Shown: positions 41,519 through 51,021 of the stretch, piece after piece
Layout: each line of letters starts with the position of its first letter
How positions within the stretch are numbered: the stretch's first letter is position 1
Source: Spirochaetia bacterium
GTDB lineage: Bacteria > Spirochaetota > Spirochaetia > SP-2023
NCBI GenBank assembly: GCA_965263295.1
Contig: OZ253665.1
Location: 2,048,001 to 2,112,000 of the forward strand
Direction of reading: 5' to 3'
Length of the DNA stretch: 64,000 nt
The notes under the pieces: model-generated
Seen by the model: the letters and a program-made list of their open reading frames with translations, nothing else
What the model was told of the DNA's origin: nothing
Database searches by the model: none
Position numbers and translations under genes: made by a program

Positions 41519-42895
41519 TCAGAGCCAGGCGAATATCAGCATGGCCACCAGGCCGCCGCTCGTGCCAATCAAGGTTTCCATCACGGTCCAGCTCTGCAGC
41601 GTCTGCTTTTCTGTACAACCCAGGTAGCGATTGGCCAGCCAGAAGCCGGAGTCGTTGACGTGGGAACAGACAATGGCGCCGCCGCCGATCGCGATGGTAA
41701 TCGCGGCCAATTGTGCCCCGCTGAGCGCAAGGGTTTCGAGCGTCGGCAGCAGCAAGCCACAAGAAGTCAGCATGGCGACTGTGGCAGAACCCTGAATCAC
41801 GCGCACGAGCGCCGCCAGCAAAAAAGCCAGCACAACAATGGGCAGCTGCGCGGTTGCGAGCATGTTGCCGAGCGCGGCTCCGACACCGCTATCTACCAGG
41901 ACCTGCTTGAAGACGCCGCCGGCACCAGTGACGAGAATGATAACTCCCGCGGGCTGCAGGGCACTCGTGCAGATGGCCAGAATCCGCGCACGGGGGATAC
42001 CCCTTCTGACTCCCAGCACATAAAACGCCACGAGACAGGAGATGGTGAGGGCGGTAAACGGGTGGCCGATGAACTGCAGCCACGAATACACGGAAAGCGA
42101 TGGCGACATTGCTGCGGGAGAGCCAAACAGGCGCGACACCAGCGTCTTGCAGCCGATCAAGACCAGGGGCAGGACGATCAGCCCCAACGCCAGCGCAAAA
42201 GTGGGCGGTGCGGAGCCCCTTCTCGTTTCTGCTCGTTTCTGCTCCGCCGGCGGACTTGCCTGCTCTGGCAGAGTCAGCTGCACATGCCGGGCGATAAAGC
42301 CGCCAAATATCGGCCCGCCGATTGCCATTGCCGGAACGGCGGCCAGCAAGCCGAAGAGAATCGTGTAACCAAAGTCCGCACCTAGCTGCGAGGCGACCAG
42401 AATGGGGCCTGCCGCCGGCAGCAAAAATGCCTGGCAACTGGCGATGCCAGCTAAAAGTGCGATGCCGATTTTCGTGACGCTGCCGCCGCCCTGGCGCACG
42501 ACAGCGAAGGCGATGCCCATGAGCAAGACGACGGCGACGTCAAAGAACAGCGGAAGGGCACAAATGAAGCCGGTCAACGTAGTCGCCCAGGCGGCCCGGC
42601 GCACACCAAATTTTTGGAGCAGCACTTTCGCGATCTGCTCCAGAGCTCCCGTCGTTTCCATGATCTTGCCGAACATGGCCCCCAGCGCGACCACAGGCGC
42701 CACAAAGCCCAGCGTCGAGCCCATCCCTTTCTCAATGGTGCCAGAAATAGCTGAGGGACTCATGCCAGAGCATAGCCCCGCAAGCATTGAGACCAAGAAC
42801 AGCGCGACGACGGCATGCAGGCGCAGTTTCATGACCAGAAGCAGCAACACGACAATTGAGCCGGCCGCAGTGAGTATTAAATTTAAATCAGACAT
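41519..42895 (-). CDS. GntP family gluconate:H+ symporter
   Basis: Highly hydrophobic; ALGAMFGKIME, PLFFDV, RVIQGSATVAM, SHVNDSGFW; divergent from a gluconokinase. Confidence 0.92.
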   Translation of the reverse strand: MSDLNLILTAAGSIVVLLLLVMKLRLHAVVALFLVSMLAGLCSGMSPSAISGTIEKGMGSTLGFVAPVVALGAMFGKIMETTGALEQIAKVLLQKFGVRRAAWATTLTGFICALPLFFDVAVVLLMGIAFAVVRQGGGSVTKIGIALLAGIASCQAFLLPAAGPILVASQLGADFGYTILFGLLAAVPAMAIGGPIFGGFIARHVQLTLPEQASPPAEQKRAETRRGSAPPTFALALGLIVLPLVLIGCKTLVSRLFGSPAAMSPSLSVYSWLQFIGHPFTALTISCLVAFYVLGVRRGIPRARILAICTSALQPAGVIILVTGAGGVFKQVLVDSGVGAALGNMLATAQLPIVVLAFLLAALVRVIQGSATVAMLTSCGLLLPTLETLALSGAQLAAITIAIGGGAIVCSHVNDSGFWLANRYLGCTEKQTLQSWTVMETLIGTSGGLVAMLIFAWL

Positions 42896-43062
42896 AATCT
42901 TGCATTTGTCTTTTGATTCTTATACCTTAACAGCGGTTTGCCATTTGTCAAGCAGCGTGGACAATCTGCCGCGGAGAAATGGCAAAGGCCATGAGTGGAT
43001 CGCGCATGGGTAGTCGCATGAGTGGGCCCGTGAAAACAGCAGTGAGGCAATGAAGACAAAAT

Positions 43063-43596
43063 ATGGCGACCCATCCAGTGTTCAGTTATTTGTTTATGGG
43101 CGTCTCTGGCGCCGGCAAGTCTCGCGTCGGCGGCTTGGTTGCGCAGCAGCTCAACGCCAGGTTTATTGACGGCGACGATCTGCACCCGCGATGCAATATT
43201 TTGAAGATGCAATCGGGGCAACCATTGGACGACGCAGACAGAGAAGCCTGGCTGGAGCGCATCAACGATGTCGTATTCAGCTTGCAAAGCCGGCGGGAAA
43301 CCGGCATCATCGCTTGTTCCGCGCTTAAGCGCAAATATCGCGAAGCCATACGCCGCGCGAATGCGCAGTGCCGCTTTCTCCATCTGCACGCCGACTTTGA
43401 TCTAGTCTTGCAGCGCATGCGGGGGCGCGAGAATCACTTTATGCCCGCGCCGTTGCTGCAAAGTCAATTTGCGACCCTGGAAATGCCGACGGACGACGAA
43501 ACAGATGTGCGGCAAATTGACAACAGCGCTAGCCTCCAAGAGGTCGTGACAAGTTGTTTAGCGGCAATTCACAGCTGGGAAGCCGGGCTGCCCTGA
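43063..43596 (+). CDS. gntK: Gluconokinase
   Basis: MGVSGAGKS, DGDDLHP, CSALKRKYR, HFMPAPLLQSQFATLE. Confidence 0.93.
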   Translation: MATHPVFSYLFMGVSGAGKSRVGGLVAQQLNARFIDGDDLHPRCNILKMQSGQPLDDADREAWLERINDVVFSLQSRRETGIIACSALKRKYREAIRRANAQCRFLHLHADFDLVLQRMRGRENHFMPAPLLQSQFATLEMPTDDETDVRQIDNSASLQEVVTSCLAAIHSWEAGLP

Positions 43597-43624
43597 ATTT
43601 TATCCCTTATGAAATCAAGCGCCC

Positions 43625-43676
43625 AAGGTCAATTTGAAGGTCCATTTGAAGGTCAATTTGAAGGTCAATTTGAAGG
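43625..43676 (+). repeat. 12-bp tandem repeat (AAGGTCAATTTG) x4.3
   Basis: Four copies, one with a single mismatch, in the gntK-SGNH intergenic region. Confidence 0.9.
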
Positions 43677-43734
43677 CCGCTAAAACCTCTATTAAATTTT
43701 TCTCAAAAAGCGAACGAAAGGAAATGGCAGAAGA

Positions 43735-44361
43735 ATGAAAGATATTCTGTGTTTTGGAGACTCCAACACCTGGGGCAGCGTGCCCAACGAAAGTCGCAGG
43801 TATAACCGCAGGGAGCGCTGGCCGGCCCTGTTGCAAGGCCTCTTGCCCACCTCTGACTACCAGGTGATTGAAGAGGGGCTGGAAGGGCGCACAACCATTT
43901 ACAATGACCCCTTTGAAAGCGGTAAAAACGGGCTGGAGTATCTGGGGCTCTGCCTGAGGACCCACCTGCCCGATCTGGTGATCATCCTGCTGGGCACCAA
44001 TGACCTGAAGAGTATGTTTGGCCTCTCGGCCAGCGATATTTCCCGCGGTGCCGCGCGCCTGGTCGAAGAGGCGCAGGGTTTCCGCCACTACTGCAAAACA
44101 GAAGCCCCCCAAGTGCTGCTCGTCGCTCCGCCGCCGGTGAAGGAAATCGGCCGACCTACAGAAAATTTTGACGGAGCCGAAGCGAAATCCCTGGAGTTTG
44201 CCCGGCATTACGCCGCACGTGCTCAAGAGCGGGGCTGCCACTTCTTTGACGCCGGCACCGTGGTTGAGTCCTGCCCGTTTGAAGGTATCCACTGGCAGGC
44301 CGCACAACACAAAAATCTGGCCGAGGCTCTGGCCAGCCGGGTCGTGCAGATCTCGCTGTAA
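43735..44361 (+). CDS. SGNH/GDSL hydrolase (arylesterase-like)
   Basis: FGDSNTWG, EEGLEGRTT, LGTND, EGIH blocks. Confidence 0.92.
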   Translation: MKDILCFGDSNTWGSVPNESRRYNRRERWPALLQGLLPTSDYQVIEEGLEGRTTIYNDPFESGKNGLEYLGLCLRTHLPDLVIILLGTNDLKSMFGLSASDISRGAARLVEEAQGFRHYCKTEAPQVLLVAPPPVKEIGRPTENFDGAEAKSLEFARHYAARAQERGCHFFDAGTVVESCPFEGIHWQAAQHKNLAEALASRVVQISL

Positions 44362-44585
44362 TTCAAGAACCGGCAATATTGTCGCTCCCCCAAAAAAGAA
44401 GAAATAGAGAGCAGGCGGGGGAGCCTGCTGGAGTGGGCGTCTGGCTGATTATGCCTTTCTCCAGTGGGAAGCTGCGTTGTGCCCGTACAAAATTTCGGAT
44501 GGCGCCAAACTGACAGAATAGAATGCTAGCACGATGACAACAAAAACGGCAGACATAAGTTGCATGTTATGCCGTAGGAAAAAGT

Positions 44586-45647
44586 TCACGAGACCAGACT
44601 TTCCATGTAGTCTTGCAGCGTTGGCAACGTGTTGATCTTGGCAATACCCGCGCCACACCAGAGCGACTGGTAATCGGTATTTCCCCGAGCCTTTGCCACC
44701 TTCCGTAAATTAGCCGTCGCGTAATGCATATACGGGAAGCCGAGATTATTTTTTACCTTGAGGCCAGCGAGATGATTTTTCAGGCCGCGTCCTTTTTTGC
44801 CGGTAATACTGCTTGTAAAGGCGGTTTTCCCATGGCGTAATATCGCGTCCTTATACGCCTTGTTGGCGCCGCTGTCTTGCGTGGCCAGAAAGCCAGTTCC
44901 AATTTGAACACCGTCAAAACCTTGCTCAAGGGCACGGGCAATATCCTCTTTAGTGACAATTGCCCCAGCTAGCACACAGTACACATCGGCGTCATGCCCA
45001 TCGTATACCCCATTGTCACACCCATCGCGATGTCGTCCGAGAGCCTTGAGTATATCGGCTTCGTCGCTATGCGGTAAAGAAGTAAAGCCGCCCTTGTGCC
45101 CCCCGGCTTGGGCATTTTGGTAAATTAGTACATCTGGCTTTTGCAACTTTAGGGCCAGTTTCATTTCATATACGGAGTTGATCGTCGTCATGATCTGGAT
45201 TTTATTTAATTTAAGGGCCTGTATATGAGCGACACTGAGTAGGCCAAACGTTGTACTTAACGCGGGCACGGCGCAATCAATGGCCAACTGCACAAGCTCA
45301 TCCATGCTGGGAATGGCGGGATGGGTGGCAAGGCGAAAAAAAGCGGAACCGCCCTTTTCGAGGGTCTGTTCAATTGCAATAATTTCCTCGGGCTTTGGGA
45401 TTGGGGTATCGCCATATACCGCGTAGTCCACAAACAGATTGAGCGAAAAAGGCTTGTCGGTTCGATCCTGAACTCTCGCGACAAATTCCCTTGTCTGCGC
45501 AAGACTGAGGTAGCCGCTGGGTATGCTGCCGAAAATGCCAAAGGCACTGAGTTGCGCGACAAAGTCGGCTGAAACGATCCCCCCCGCCATTGGTGCCTGA
45601 AAGATGGGATAATCAATATTGAGCTTTTGCTGTAATGTCGGTTTCAT
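44586..45647 (-). CDS. Nitronate monooxygenase family flavoprotein
   Basis: PIFQAPMAGG, AGGHKG, GVQIGTGFL, SLWCGAG. Confidence 0.88.
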   Translation of the reverse strand: MKPTLQQKLNIDYPIFQAPMAGGIVSADFVAQLSAFGIFGSIPSGYLSLAQTREFVARVQDRTDKPFSLNLFVDYAVYGDTPIPKPEEIIAIEQTLEKGGSAFFRLATHPAIPSMDELVQLAIDCAVPALSTTFGLLSVAHIQALKLNKIQIMTTINSVYEMKLALKLQKPDVLIYQNAQAGGHKGGFTSLPHSDEADILKALGRHRDGCDNGVYDGHDADVYCVLAGAIVTKEDIARALEQGFDGVQIGTGFLATQDSGANKAYKDAILRHGKTAFTSSITGKKGRGLKNHLAGLKVKNNLGFPYMHYATANLRKVAKARGNTDYQSLWCGAGIAKINTLPTLQDYMESLVS

Positions 45648-45765
45648 GAAGCTGTCCTCCGCGAGGAGCGTCCGGTAGACAGTTTACCCAGAAAAATTTG
45701 GTTCAGCCAGAGTCTTTTCGCCCGGCTGCGCAGAAATCGCAAAATCTTTGTCACCCAGCTTAAAC

Positions 45766-45841
45766 CTAGTAAAAGGGTTTGCCGTCTTGATCGTAAATGA
45801 GCATCGCCGGGAAGTTCTTGACCTTGATTTTCCGTACCGCC
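45766..45841 (-). pseudogene. Duplicated 3' end of the fumarate hydratase gene (AVRKIKVKNFPAMLIYDQDGKPFY*)
   Basis: 72 of 76 nt identical to 47283-47358, including the stop codon. Confidence 0.9.
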
Positions 45842-46056
45842 ATGCGATACCACGGTTGCGCGCACATTCATATCCGCAATTTACATCACGGCAACCGCCT
45901 TGTCCTGGATATGAGTCGTGAGCCTGGCAATTTTGACTCAATAGGTTTTTGCAAAAACATGTTTTGACAAGACTCGGAAATCTTTATATAAATACTTACG
46001 GGCGGAATGAAAAAAAGAATTTATAAAGCCCAAATAATGTGAAAGGAGAAATATTA

Positions 46057-46872
46057 ATGGCAAAAACCATTTTGATCACTGGCTGCTCCAGCGGTATCGG
46101 CAGAATCACGGCAAAATACTTTCAGGAAAAGGGCTGGAATGTGGTCGCCACCATGCGCAGCCTCCAGAACGAAGAGGAACTAAAACAACTGCACAACGTG
46201 CTCGTCGCCAGACTGGATGTCCAGGATTCGCAAAGCATTGCCAGCGCCGTGGAGGCCGGCATCGACCGCTACGGCAAAATTGATGTCCTGCTCAACAACG
46301 CCGGCTACGGCTCTTATGGCATTTTGGAAGCGACGCCAGTGGAAAAGATCCGGCGCCAGTTTGACGTCAACGTCATCGGACTTCTGGAGACAACCAAGGC
46401 CCTGCTGCCTCACTTCCGCAAAAACAGGGACGGCATTATCATCAACATTTCGTCTATGGGCGGCAAGATAACTTTCCCTATGGGCAGCTTGTATCACGGG
46501 TCCAAGTTTGCCGTGGAAGGACTTTCCGAGGCACTCAGCTTTGAGATGGAGGCCATCGGCGTCAAGGTCAAGCTCGTCGAACCGGGCCTTATCGCCACCG
46601 ACTTCGGCGGTCGTTCCCTGGATGTCAACAATGATGAAAGCCTAGCTGAATATCAGGAGTTTGTGGCAAAAATCTTCAAAAATTTTGGCAACGACATGGG
46701 CAAGCCCTCCGATCCGATTGTCGTGGCGCAGACTATTTTCAGAGCCGCCACCGATGGCAGCAGCCAGCTGCGCTACATCGCCGGTGCCGATGCCGAACAG
46801 ATCATAGCGAAACGCAAGGCCGAGGACGACGAAAAATTCCTGGGAGACCTGAAGACTCGTTTTGGTCTGTAG
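46057..46872 (+). CDS. SDR family oxidoreductase
   Basis: TGCSSGIG, NNAGYG, YHGSK, VEPG; SD AAGGAG. Confidence 0.93.
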   Translation: MAKTILITGCSSGIGRITAKYFQEKGWNVVATMRSLQNEEELKQLHNVLVARLDVQDSQSIASAVEAGIDRYGKIDVLLNNAGYGSYGILEATPVEKIRRQFDVNVIGLLETTKALLPHFRKNRDGIIINISSMGGKITFPMGSLYHGSKFAVEGLSEALSFEMEAIGVKVKLVEPGLIATDFGGRSLDVNNDESLAEYQEFVAKIFKNFGNDMGKPSDPIVVAQTIFRAATDGSSQLRYIAGADAEQIIAKRKAEDDEKFLGDLKTRFGL

Positions 46873-47282
46873 CCTCAGACTACATAGGGAGGCTTCCGCG
46901 CATTCTGATACTTATCATCAACTATTTATGGAAAAGAGAAAACGCTAGCAAAAACATCTGGCCGATCTTATAACTAAACGGGTCAAGTCTGCTGTGTTCG
47001 GCAACCCGGCAGACTTGTTGCCCACTACACGGTACTTTTAAATGGCGCTTTGATGTGAGGCTTGCCATTGTGCGGCACCAGTATGGGAGCTTGTCCTAGG
47101 GCGACTGGTGTGGACGATACAGGGATCTTATTGCTGTCATAAATTTTATTGCCGATCAGCCAGACTATAAAACTTGTGGATTGATGAATTGTTTCTAACG
47201 TTTTTTAACCTGCATTGAGCAATGCGCACAATTCTTTGTGAAGTAGCTCAAGACCTGAATCAGAGCGAAGACTGGCGCAAGT

Positions 47283-48875
47283 CTAGTAAAAGGATTTGCC
47301 GTCTCGATCGTAAATGAGCATCGCCGGGAAGTTCTTGACCTTGATTTTTCGCACCGCCTCCATGCCCAAGTCCTCAAAGTCGACGACTTCCGTGTGCCAG
47401 ATCGACTCCCGCGCCAGGATGGCCGCCGCGCCACCAATAGACCCAAAGTAAAAGGAACCGTATTTCCTGAAGGACTCAATGGCGGCCGGACTGCGTTCGC
47501 CCTTGCCGATGGTGATCATGGCTGCCCCCAGAGCGTTAAAGGAGTCCAGATAAGGGTCCATGCGGTTTGAAGTAGTCGGACCGAAGCTGCCGGTGGGCAT
47601 GCCCTTGGGCGTCTTGGCCGGGCCGGCATAATAAATGGGGTATTTTTTGCAATACTCCGGCATGGCCTGGCCGTCCCTCAACATCTGGGCTATGCGCGCG
47701 TGGGCAATGTCGCGGGCCACGATGATCTCGCCGCTGAAGAGGAATTTTGTCCCCGCCGGATACGGCGCAATTTCCTTGAGCAATACATCCATGGGTCGCT
47801 TGAGGTCAAAGGGCACCATGTCGATGAATGCGGCCGTTACTTTGGGCAGATATCGCGCGGGATTTTTTTCCAGTTTCTCCAAAAACAGACCCTCCGCGGT
47901 GATCTTGGCCAGAATGTTGCGATGGGCTGAACAACTCACGCCCAGACCCACTGGGCAGGAAGCGCCGTGGCGGGGCAGACGCACTACAATGGCGCGATGG
48001 GCAAAGTACTTGCCGCCGAACTGGGCGCCCACGCCTATTTTCTGGGCTATCTCCATGACCTTTGCCTCCCACTCCAGGTCCCGATAAGCCCGGCCCGTCT
48101 CATCGCCGCGCGTGGGTAAGCTGTCCAGGTACTCCGTTGAGGCCAGCTTAACGATTTTCAGGTTCTCCTCAGCGCTGGTTCCCCCGATCACCACGGTCAA
48201 ATAGTAAGGCGGACAGGCCGTTGTGCCAATCTTTCTGATTTCCTCGAGCAAAAACTGGTGCAGGGACGCCTCGTTGAGCAGGGATTTAGTCATGGGGTAG
48301 AGCCTGGTCTTGTTGGCACTCCCGCCCCCCTTGGCGATAAACAGAAAGTGATACTCCGCGCCCTTTTCGGCATACAGATTGATCTGAGCGGGCAGATTAT
48401 TTTTAGTATTACGCTCCTCAAACATGTTGAGGGGTGCCAATTGAGAATAACGCAGGTTATCCGTGACATAAGTTTCAAAAATACCCCTAGAGAGATACGC
48501 GGCATCCTCGGCATCCGTCCATACTTTTTCGCCCTTATGGCCGATCACGATGGCCGTGCCCGTGTCCTGACAGCCGGGAAGCAGACCCTTGGCGGATTCC
48601 ACTGCGTTTTCAATGAGCTTTTGGGCAATGTAACGATCGTTGGGAGAGGCTTCGGGGTCGTCAATAACGCGGCGCAGATTCTCCAGATGACTCTTCCTAT
48701 AAAAAAATGATATCTCGTGAAATGCCCTTTGGGCCAAAAAAGTCAAAGCACGGGGGTCAAGCTGCAAGATTTTTTTCCCATCCACATCAGAAACTTGGAC
48801 AAAATCACTCGATATTTTTTCCAATTCCACCCCTTCGTGGTTGGTTTGATACAACGGGATATAATTATATGGCAT
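47283..48875 (-). CDS. Class I (Fe-S) fumarate hydratase
   Basis: CQDTGT, KGGGSANK, GTTACPPY, RHGASCP, GPTTSNRMD; start MPYNYIPLY after GGAG. Confidence 0.94.
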   Translation of the reverse strand: MPYNYIPLYQTNHEGVELEKISSDFVQVSDVDGKKILQLDPRALTFLAQRAFHEISFFYRKSHLENLRRVIDDPEASPNDRYIAQKLIENAVESAKGLLPGCQDTGTAIVIGHKGEKVWTDAEDAAYLSRGIFETYVTDNLRYSQLAPLNMFEERNTKNNLPAQINLYAEKGAEYHFLFIAKGGGSANKTRLYPMTKSLLNEASLHQFLLEEIRKIGTTACPPYYLTVVIGGTSAEENLKIVKLASTEYLDSLPTRGDETGRAYRDLEWEAKVMEIAQKIGVGAQFGGKYFAHRAIVVRLPRHGASCPVGLGVSCSAHRNILAKITAEGLFLEKLEKNPARYLPKVTAAFIDMVPFDLKRPMDVLLKEIAPYPAGTKFLFSGEIIVARDIAHARIAQMLRDGQAMPEYCKKYPIYYAGPAKTPKGMPTGSFGPTTSNRMDPYLDSFNALGAAMITIGKGERSPAAIESFRKYGSFYFGSIGGAAAILARESIWHTEVVDFEDLGMEAVRKIKVKNFPAMLIYDRDGKSFY

Positions 48876-49044
48876 AAATAGCTCCAATTTTAAATAGGGC
48901 TTATATCCTAAAGATATCACACATTGCAATTTTTTCAATTCTTAAAAAGCCGACTGCCCAAAAAACTTGGCTTCATCTTACGTATTCCGTAATCCAATTT
49001 TACAGCCCGGCCCGGCGGGATTCAGGCCTCTTTACCCAAACCTT

Positions 49045-50505
49045 CTACCAGACTTGGCGTCGTAAATGTTGCAGCAGGGCCTCGGTATCGGCTTTGAGCA
49101 CGACAAAGCGCTCTTCTTTGCCGCTAAAGTTCAAGCCTGGTGGGACGTCGTAAATGGGCGGAGCTTGCGGGGCGCCGTTCATGCTGCGATAAGCCGCGGG
49201 GAACTTGGCGGGGTGAGCGGTGGCGAGGCAGACGTTAGGCATTTGAAAGAAGGTCTCTGCGGATAATTGTCGGCATGCGTGGTAGGCGCAAGCGGCATGG
49301 GGGTCGAGCACATAGTCGTATTGATTGTGGCAGCGGGCAATGGCCTGTAAGATATCGGCATCCGAGGCGCTACACGACTCAAAATCGCCGCGCAATTGTC
49401 GTAGCTGCGGCGCACTCAGTTCTTGGGGTTTGCCGGCCCTGGCCCGTTTCACAAAGTTGGCGGCCAAGTCGCCGTCGCCGTCGCCATCGCCATCGCCATC
49501 GAACAGGTACCAGAGGTAACGTTCAAAGTTGGAGGGCTGGACAATATCCATGGCGGGGGCGAGGCTAGGGCGGGGCGGGCCTTCGGCCTTATAGAGATTA
49601 TGGGTGATGCACTGGTGCAGGATATCGTTGTGATTGCTGGCGATTAGCAATTTGATGGGCAGCCCCATGCGCCGGGCAAAATAACCCGCCAATACATTGC
49701 CAAAATTGCCGGTCGGCACCACGAAACGGACCGCATCGCCGACTTGCAGACTTGGACGGGAGGCGACAGCGCCGAAGTAAAGATTAAAATAATAATTCAT
49801 CTGGGCCAGAATCCGGCCCCAATTGATTGAATTGATCGCGCCCAAGCGGGGAATGCCATCGTCTCGCTTGCCGCGCTCCATAATCTCCTTGACCATATTC
49901 TGGCACTGGTCAAAACTACCTTTGATAGCGATGTTGTGAATATTTTCGTCGAGTATCGTGCACATTTGCTTGCGCTGCACCTCGCTGATGGCGTTGTGTG
50001 GATGCAAGACAGTAAGCTGAATATTGTTCATACCGCGCACGCCATAAATGGCGGCTCCGCCGGTATCGCCACTGGTCGCCCCCAGCAAGGCCAGCTTGCG
50101 CCCTTGGCGCCGCAGCAGGCGCTCAAATACCTGGCCGAGAAACTGCAGGGCGATATCCTTAAAGGCATATGTCGGAGAGTGAAACAGTTCTCCAATATAA
50201 ATGGGGCTGTCGCCCAGTTGCTTCAAGGGTGTAATTTGAGGGCTGTCAAAATCTTGTGTACTATCTCGCACCAATTGTTTCAGGCTGCAATTGATTTCTT
50301 GCTCCAGCTCAGGGGCGTAAAGTTGCAACAGTTGGACGGCCATTCCTTCGTAGGTTTCGTGGCTCCAGGCTCTCAGTGTCTCCATGTCGAGGGTCGGGAT
50401 CTGCGCCGGGATATACAGACCGCCATCTGCTGCCAGCCCTTCAAGCACAATTTCGCTGAAAGGTTTGCCGTTGCGGGCCTTGTCGCGCGTACTGAAGTAA
50501 AGCAT
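49045..50505 (-). CDS. thrC: Threonine synthase
   Basis: GLAADGGLY, ELFHSPTYAFKD, ATSGDTG, NSINWGR, PTGNFGN, TAHPAKF. Confidence 0.95.
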   Translation of the reverse strand: MLYFSTRDKARNGKPFSEIVLEGLAADGGLYIPAQIPTLDMETLRAWSHETYEGMAVQLLQLYAPELEQEINCSLKQLVRDSTQDFDSPQITPLKQLGDSPIYIGELFHSPTYAFKDIALQFLGQVFERLLRRQGRKLALLGATSGDTGGAAIYGVRGMNNIQLTVLHPHNAISEVQRKQMCTILDENIHNIAIKGSFDQCQNMVKEIMERGKRDDGIPRLGAINSINWGRILAQMNYYFNLYFGAVASRPSLQVGDAVRFVVPTGNFGNVLAGYFARRMGLPIKLLIASNHNDILHQCITHNLYKAEGPPRPSLAPAMDIVQPSNFERYLWYLFDGDGDGDGDGDLAANFVKRARAGKPQELSAPQLRQLRGDFESCSASDADILQAIARCHNQYDYVLDPHAACAYHACRQLSAETFFQMPNVCLATAHPAKFPAAYRSMNGAPQAPPIYDVPPGLNFSGKEERFVVLKADTEALLQHLRRQVW

Positions 50506-50694
50506 ATTGTCATCCTCGCAATCGTCGTCAGTAAAAATGTAGAGTTCAAAAACAGAAACGGTGCAAATTTATTGCCGAGAGTTATTATACTCAAGATTCC
50601 GCACGATCATAGCGCCACAGTTTTCCCCGGAATTCAGAGGGATTCGGAAACTTCATAGCCTAAGTGGAAAAATAAAGAAAGCGCACAACTGCGT

Positions 50695-50722
50695 TTGACA
50701 AATGCCAGGGAATTTATATACT
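50695..50722 (+). promoter_or_regulatory. Sigma-70-type promoter for tRNA-Ala and the bS22-like gene
   Basis: TTGACA-N16-TATACT, 16 nt upstream of the tRNA. Confidence 0.7.
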
Positions 50723-50738
50723 TTGTGTCTTAATCTTA

Positions 50739-50812
50739 GGGGGCATAGCTCAGCTGGCTAGAGCATCGGCTTTGCAAGCCGAGGGTCAAGGGTTCGAGTC
50801 CCTTTGCCTCCA
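50739..50812 (+). tRNA. tRNA-Ala (TGC), CCA not encoded
   Basis: Acceptor GGGGGCA/TGCCTCC with G3:U70, D arm AGCTCAGCTGGCTAGAGC, anticodon arm TCGGC-TTTGCAA-GCCGA, T loop GGTTCGAGTCC. Confidence 0.97.
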
Positions 50813-50856
50813 TTTTCTTTACAGTGTATAAAAATTCAAACGCAAGGAGTTAGTGA

Positions 50857-50949
50857 GTGCCTTCAGGAAAAAAGCGCAAACGCAAGAAGATCGCAACCCA
50901 CAAGCGAAAGAAACGCTTGCGGAAAAATCGCCACAAGAAAAAAAAGTAA
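50857..50949 (+). CDS. 30-aa basic protein of the bS22 / AURKAIP1-COX24 (mS38) family
   Basis: SD AAGGAG, GTG start, MPSGKKRKRKKIATHKRKKRLRKNRHKKKK*; too short for the ORF track. Confidence 0.88.
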   Translation: MPSGKKRKRKKIATHKRKKRLRKNRHKKKK

Positions 50950-50960
50950 CGATAGCCACA

Positions 50961-50988
50961 AAAAGCCCTTCCACTAGGAAGGGCTTTC
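50961..50988 (+). terminator. Intrinsic terminator-like hairpin
   Basis: AAAGCCCTTCC-ACTA-GGAAGGGCTTT directly after the 30-aa ORF. Confidence 0.7.
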
Positions 50989-51021
50989 CCGTTTATTTAT
51001 ATTGGTGAAAAAGGAGCGAAT

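Noticed and set aside
50739..50812. tRNA-Ala as an integration site for an island
   Set aside because: No duplicated tRNA 3' end or integrase was noticed; it is flanked by thrC, bS22-like and leuB genes.
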